The position numbers were made by a program, and so were the translations under genes. 64,000 bases of DNA from Adineta vaga. Lineage: Eukaryota > Animalia > Rotifera. The stretch covers positions 9,796,001-9,860,000 of the forward strand of contig CP075497.1 of assembly GCA_021613535.1 (NCBI GenBank), in the 5' to 3' direction. Below are positions 58,763-64,000 of the stretch, in pieces (the first letter of the stretch is position 1; each line of letters begins with the position of its first letter). The notes under the pieces were generated by a model. The model was given only the letters and a program-made list of their open reading frames with translations, ran no database searches and was not told the origin of the DNA.

Positions 58763-59753
58763 GTGCAACGTATACCTTAGGTCAAAATACAGCACTTGTT
58801 CTTGATATGGGTTACAAAAAAGCTCAGGTTATGCTTATTGTTGAAAGTATACCATTGGAAATAGAATTCAACAGTTTATCCTATACATACAGGTCAAGCA
58901 ATTCATCAGTAAGAGAATAAATAGGTGTTAATTAGCTTATGACAGATCACTGCTGTAGCAAGAAAAAACAATGCCGATGAATGCTATATTATAAACAATC
59001 TCTTTTCATCTTTAACAAAGTTTACTTTTTGTTTGTTATGATTCATCACGAACAGATATAGTATGACTCATTCTAGCGAGAACATACGCATCACATAAGA
59101 TTGTGTGATATTCGCACTCACGATTTTGTTGTTTTTCATACCCTTGTGATAGAAAAATAGCAAATTTATTCACATCTGGAATGTCACAAAAGCTGATACG
59201 TATGACTTAAATTTAGACAAATTCAATTGTTACTTGAACAACATGCTTCTATCCGTTATCATGGAAAGAAAAAAGCATACAATGAAATGCATTTAAAATT
59301 ATCAGAAGATATCAAAGGTCTGTTTAATTGAGTGTATTTCAAAAAAAAGATTAATATCAATTTTTTTCAGTTCGTTGTTGTTTTGTTTCTCCATTTTCAC
59401 AAGCACTAATTTATGCAAAAAAGATATCAACTTCGAATCAATCGAGCGATGAATTCACACAAGCTTCATCAGTTGACTATCTATCGTAACGTTGATAGTC
59501 GATACTTTACTTCGAGTACGTCTAATTTATAGTATCGACTTATGCCAATAAATAGGCAAAAAAACAATTCTATTTTCATGTTTCTCCTGCTCATTTGCTT
59601 TATACAGCATGATTAGAAGGTAAATCTATACATTTATTCTTTTGTTAATTAGGCTCGATTTTTGGTGCAATAGATACATTGGAGAGTCAATCATTAACAT
59701 GAGAGAAATATTTAGAAAATGGAATTCTACCGGATTGGTTTACATGCAAATAG
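58763..59753 (+). pseudogene. ACTR10: Decayed actin-related protein 10 (Arp11, dynactin) pseudogene, intron-containing
   Basis: Exon remnants TYTLGQNTALVLDMGYKKAQV...IP, EDIK|VRCCFVS, FYFHVSPAHLLYTA*LEG and SIFGAIDTLESQSLT*EKYLENGILPDW follow the ACTR10 order (LGI.SA.VLDCGY; EDIKARTCFV; AWLGGAIFGA; GRIPDW). There is a 4-nt duplication frameshift at ~58884-58891, TGA stops at 59610 and 59700, and missing segments. Confidence 0.85.
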
Positions 59754-60096
59754 GTCACTTGATTGTTTACTAATTTAAATTTTTAATAATGAATGAATAT
59801 TACAATTTGATTTTCTATTACTTGCTTGTCTTTGTATAAAATATAGGTATGTTTGAAGCAGGAAAAAAGTGTGAGTACAATGTTTTAGACAAAAACTATG
59901 TCAATACTATAGACATTTTATGCTTCGTTGGATTTTGACCTCATGTAGGCGAGATAGAAAGAAACATACAACTCTTTCGTTCTATCATTTATGAATATTG
60001 TTTAAAAAATGAACAATAATAGAGCAGAAAAGAAGGGATTGTTAGTTATTTATAACCGATGATTATGATCAATATTATTGTTTCATTTTATTCTAG

Positions 60097-61096
60097 ATGT
60101 TAGAATATATTTTGAACGATCGACTCTTTGTCAGTTATACATGTCCATATGTATGGTTTATTAGTGCTGGCTTCGTATTTTTCTTAGAAATAGTTCTCGA
60201 CATCAAAGTACCCTATGGACGTTACAATACTACTAATGGTGGAGTTCCAGTTAAATTAGCTTGGTTTATTCAAGAACTTCCATGTTTTGTTATACCATGT
60301 TATCTTCTCTATACAAATTGGTCATCCGTATCGATAACAAATTTTATCATACTTAGTCTTTTTCTCATACATTATTTTCAACGGTATGTAGAATAAAAGA
60401 AAAGTTTAGATTAAAACTTACAAGCATGTTGATAGAATATGGATAATATCGGAATTTATTTCAAACACATCTTTTTACTTCTTTTTTTTAGTGTCTTCAT
60501 TTATCCGATGTTAATTCGTGGTGGAAAGCATAGTTCATATTTGACAACAATATTAGCATTTATTTTTTGTTCTATAAATTCATATACGATTGCTGAAGAA
60601 CTCTTAGTTTATCATACATATCCAAAGAATTATTTATTTTCATTACGATTTCTATTTGGTTCAATTCTCTTCTTTACTGGTTTTATTCTAAATCTTCAAT
60701 CTGATTCAATCTTACGAAATCTTCGTAAAGATAATAATGAACGAGATTATAAAATTCCTCGAGGTAATTGTCAAATACGAAAAAAGAAGAAAATATTTTT
60801 TCTCATTTCTATTCATTAGGTGGTCTATTTGAATATGTTTCCGGTGCAAATTTCTTAGCTGAATCAATTGAATGGACAGGTTTTGCTATATGTGCATGGA
60901 CATTACCTGCACTTGCATTTGCAGTATTTACATGGATTAATACAGCATTTGGCCGTGCGATTCATCATCATCAGTATGTGATGAATAGAAAAAAGAAAAA
61001 TTGTTCAATAATTTGTTCTTATTTAGATTCTATCTTGACAAATTCAAAGATGAATATCCAAAGAATCGAAAAGCGATTATTCCATTTATTTTGTAG
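60097..61096 (+). CDS. Steroid 5-alpha-reductase (SRD5A1/2-like); 4 exons
   Basis: PYGRY, AWFIQELPCF, HYFQR, NLQSDSILRNLRK, YKIPRGGLFEYVSGANFLAESIEWTGFA and RAIHHHQFY...YPKNRKAIIPFIL*. Confidence 0.95.
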
Positions 61097-61204
61097 TTGC
61101 TATAATAACGATAATAATTCTATTTTTTTTTCATATTAAAAAACATATTTTCTGTTTGAAATAAATAATCTAGCTCGATTTTATGATTGATCATACATTT
61201 TTAG

Positions 61205-62593
61205 ATGCCTCCTGGTCGAAAACGAACAAGTACAAGTAGTAAATCTTCTTCGTCAACTAATGGACAACAGTCTCCTAAACAATCAACATACGGTATAACT
61301 ATCGATAAGTTCATTTGATTTTATTCTCTATGAGATTTATTTTAGAATGTGGAAGTATAGTTTGGTGTAAATATAAAAAATATCCATATTGGCCCGGTAT
61401 AATATGGGAAAAAACACATAAACCAACTCGAACTCGCTATGAAGTACTTTTTTTTGGAACATTTAGTCTTGGCGTGTAAGTATTCGAATTCTTCATGATA
61501 TAATTAGTTAAAAAGTCTTTTCTATAGATCGATTGATCGTAAATGGTTAGAACCCTACGAAGGTGTAGCTGAATTTAAGAAGCGTATTACTGAATTAAAA
61601 GCTACTGAAGTATAATAATAATTTCGTTTTTATATGAAATATAAATTTGAAAAAATTGATTTATTAGACATTAGTTAAAAATAAATCAAGTCAATATGAT
61701 ATGAATATAACATTAGCTAATTTAGAATCATTTCAAGAAGCAGTTAAACAAGCAACAAAAGTTCTCAAATGTTCCAGTTCTTCTGAGAGATTGAAACTAG
61801 CTGATAATATGCGTAAAGGTGTAACATGTGATTTTTTTCAATTAGAACTTGAAGATGATGATGATGATGACGATGATGACATGGATGACGAAGATGATGA
61901 AGAAGAAATAAGTTCAGTTATGACTGACGAAAATAGTAATTTCGTTTGTCTTATCAAAATATGAAGAAATTATTTCTATTTGTTTTAGCGTCACTTCTTC
62001 CAACACCACCAATACAAAATGATCAAGAATTTATTCAAACAATGATTACACAAGGAAAAAGAAAACGAAAATCAGATGTTGATAATAATCCATCAAGTGT
62101 AAAAATACGTCGAATTACTATTAAAAGTGAACCCGAACAGGTTATATTCAATTCAAACATTGTTGATTTTGATTGAAAATATTTCCTTTCTTTTCTCTAG
62201 CCATCCAATAATCCACCACCATCGATTCTATTTCGACATTCGAATGAACAACCAATTGTAATGTGTTCAAATTTTGTTTGTCATAGTTTATCACCAACAG
62301 AAGAAACTTTTATAATAGATGCAATAGCACGTTCTGGTCCGAATTGTACATTTTTTGAAGCGAAACAAATCGCTGAAGAAATGTATTCAAATATCATTTG
62401 TGTGAATAATTCTAATCGTCAGTTACCTGTTAGTGAAATATGGTTCTATTTATTTTTCTATTTGCATTGTGAAAAATTATTTTCCACACATCGTCATTGG
62501 CTTCATGATCTTGAAAATGCCAAAAACAATACTAGTTATCTATACGAACAACAACAACAAATAATTCGTCTAATGAAAACTTATCTTCATTAG
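61205..62593 (+). CDS. PWWP-domain protein; about 6 exons
   Basis: GSIVWCKYKKYPYWPGII...YEVLFFGTF...WLEPY (PWWP with a PYWP core), followed by FQEAVKQA, an acidic tract, an NLS-like KRKRK and an unrecognised helical C-terminal domain. Confidence 0.8.
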
Positions 62594-62817
62594 AAGTATA
62601 TATCTAGTTTTCTTTTTTTCCATTTTTTTTTGTTATCTTTCTTGTGTGTATATATAAATAGATAAATGCGTTGTATATTAGAAACTATTTTGTATGATCT
62701 GAACAATAAACAAAACTACGAATAGATTAATTCATTGAATAAATTCTTAGGTCTTTATATATGCGTACAATTATTGTTGTTTCTGTTTTGGTTATTTATA
62801 TATGTTCAGTTTAAGAT

Positions 62818-64000
62818 ATGATGACGAATAATAATAATATAGAAGATCAACGATGGAAATTATTAGATAAAGAACGATTTCAAACATTTTTTGATTCCGA
62901 TGGTCGTTTGGTGAAAGAACATGAATTTAGAAAAGCTGTTTTCAAAGGTGAGAGGTAGGTCTGAATATTAAATAAATTAATAATCAGCATATATGTGAAT
63001 AATAAAGATTAGCTTTTGTAGAAATATGTATGAGTTACAAGTCATCTTAATTTTTTACCCATTTTGAATACTAGTAATGATTCATTTTTAATTATTTAGG
63101 CGGTATCAATAGTAATCTTCGGCCGCAAGCATGGAAATATCTTTTTGGTTTCTATCCACCACTTCTTTCTAAAACGTAAGATCAACATTTTTGTTCAATT
63201 CGTTTTTCATGATTGTTTGTTTTCTCTTCATATTAGAGAACAAGAAACTATTGATGTTGAACGTAAATTATGTTATGATTTTATGTGTGAACGATGTGAA
63301 AAAGAAATGCCAGAAGAACGTAAATTTGTACATTGACTACTTTTTCATCTTTAATTTTAATGTTACTTTAGTCCGTTCACAATTATCGCATCTATCCGCA
63401 AATAAAGTTAAAGAACCTCTTAGTCCAAATGAAATATTCTTTTCTATTCAACAACGTATCGAAGCTTATAAACCTAAACTAAATTGGAATGAAATGGATC
63501 GTCATGTTCGACTTATTGCTAAAGATTTACACCGAACTGATTTTATATCATCGGAAAAACGACCAGATAATTATAATTACGGTCCATTAACACGTTTACT
63601 TGTTGCATTTGCTTCTTATCATCCGAATATCGGTTATTCCCAAGGTATTCTTGTTCTAAATTATACAAAAGACGTGTTTAATATTTTATATTTGTTAGGT
63701 ATGAATGATATGGCTCATTGTTTTCTACATGTATTTTCTTTCAATGAACATGAAGCTTATTTCTGCTTTGCTTATTATATCACACAATCGGGCGAACATT
63801 TTACAGAAAAAGGTATCGCACATAAAATAAAACAATTGCCGAAACTAGTGGAAATTGTTGATCAATTATTATATGATCGAATATTATCACTCAATGTTGA
63901 ATTATGGACATTTTGTCATCGTATGTACTAATGTTATTGCTCATGATTTAATAATGATTTTTTGATAGGATGGTTATTTTTATGTTTTCGTCGTGAATTT
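62818..64000 (+). CDS. TBC-domain Rab GAP (TBC1D15/16/17/25 group), 3'-truncated by the window
   Basis: FFDSDGRL...FRKAVFKGGI...LRPQAWKYLFGFYP, Arg finger IAKDLHRTD, Gln finger YSQGMND, EHEAYFCF and FCHRWLFLCFRREF. Confidence 0.92.

Overview
Eukaryotic, very AT-rich and gene-dense DNA with many ~45-65 nt GT-AG introns. The ORF track therefore shows exon fragments, and I rebuilt the genes by joining exons by eye. Architecture and gene content indicate a small invertebrate, most plausibly a bdelloid rotifer (inference, not proven). There are about 24 protein-coding genes: the 3' end of MVD; two GM2-activator paralogs flanking two LIV-1 ZIP zinc transporters; two tandem innexins; TMED10; PDIA4; STAM; an ARM-TIR-SAM-like protein ending in CaaX; FAM20C; U2SURP; a Ly6/three-finger protein; a vwkA-type vWA protein; a RING-H2 ligase; an oxytocin/vasopressin-neurophysin precursor (CYITNCPIG-GKR); ABCD1/2; a highly divergent beta-tubulin; a divergent Rel-homology-like protein; a BAHD1-like protein; RPL23; an orphan ORF; SRD5A; a PWWP protein; and the 5' part of a TBC Rab-GAP. 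A decayed ACTR10 pseudogene is also present and is absent from the ORF track. The best leads are the prenylatable ARM-TIR-SAM protein with the catalytic-type TIR Glu, an isotocin-like nonapeptide, tightly packed same-strand gene pairs with splice acceptors abutting the ATG (possible SL-trans-spliced operons, including a UPRE-headed TMED10-PDIA4 pair), a stand-alone divergent RHD, and a tail-less beta-tubulin. I recognised no rRNA, tRNA, CRISPR array or intact transposon. Boundaries are manual and may be off by a few nt.
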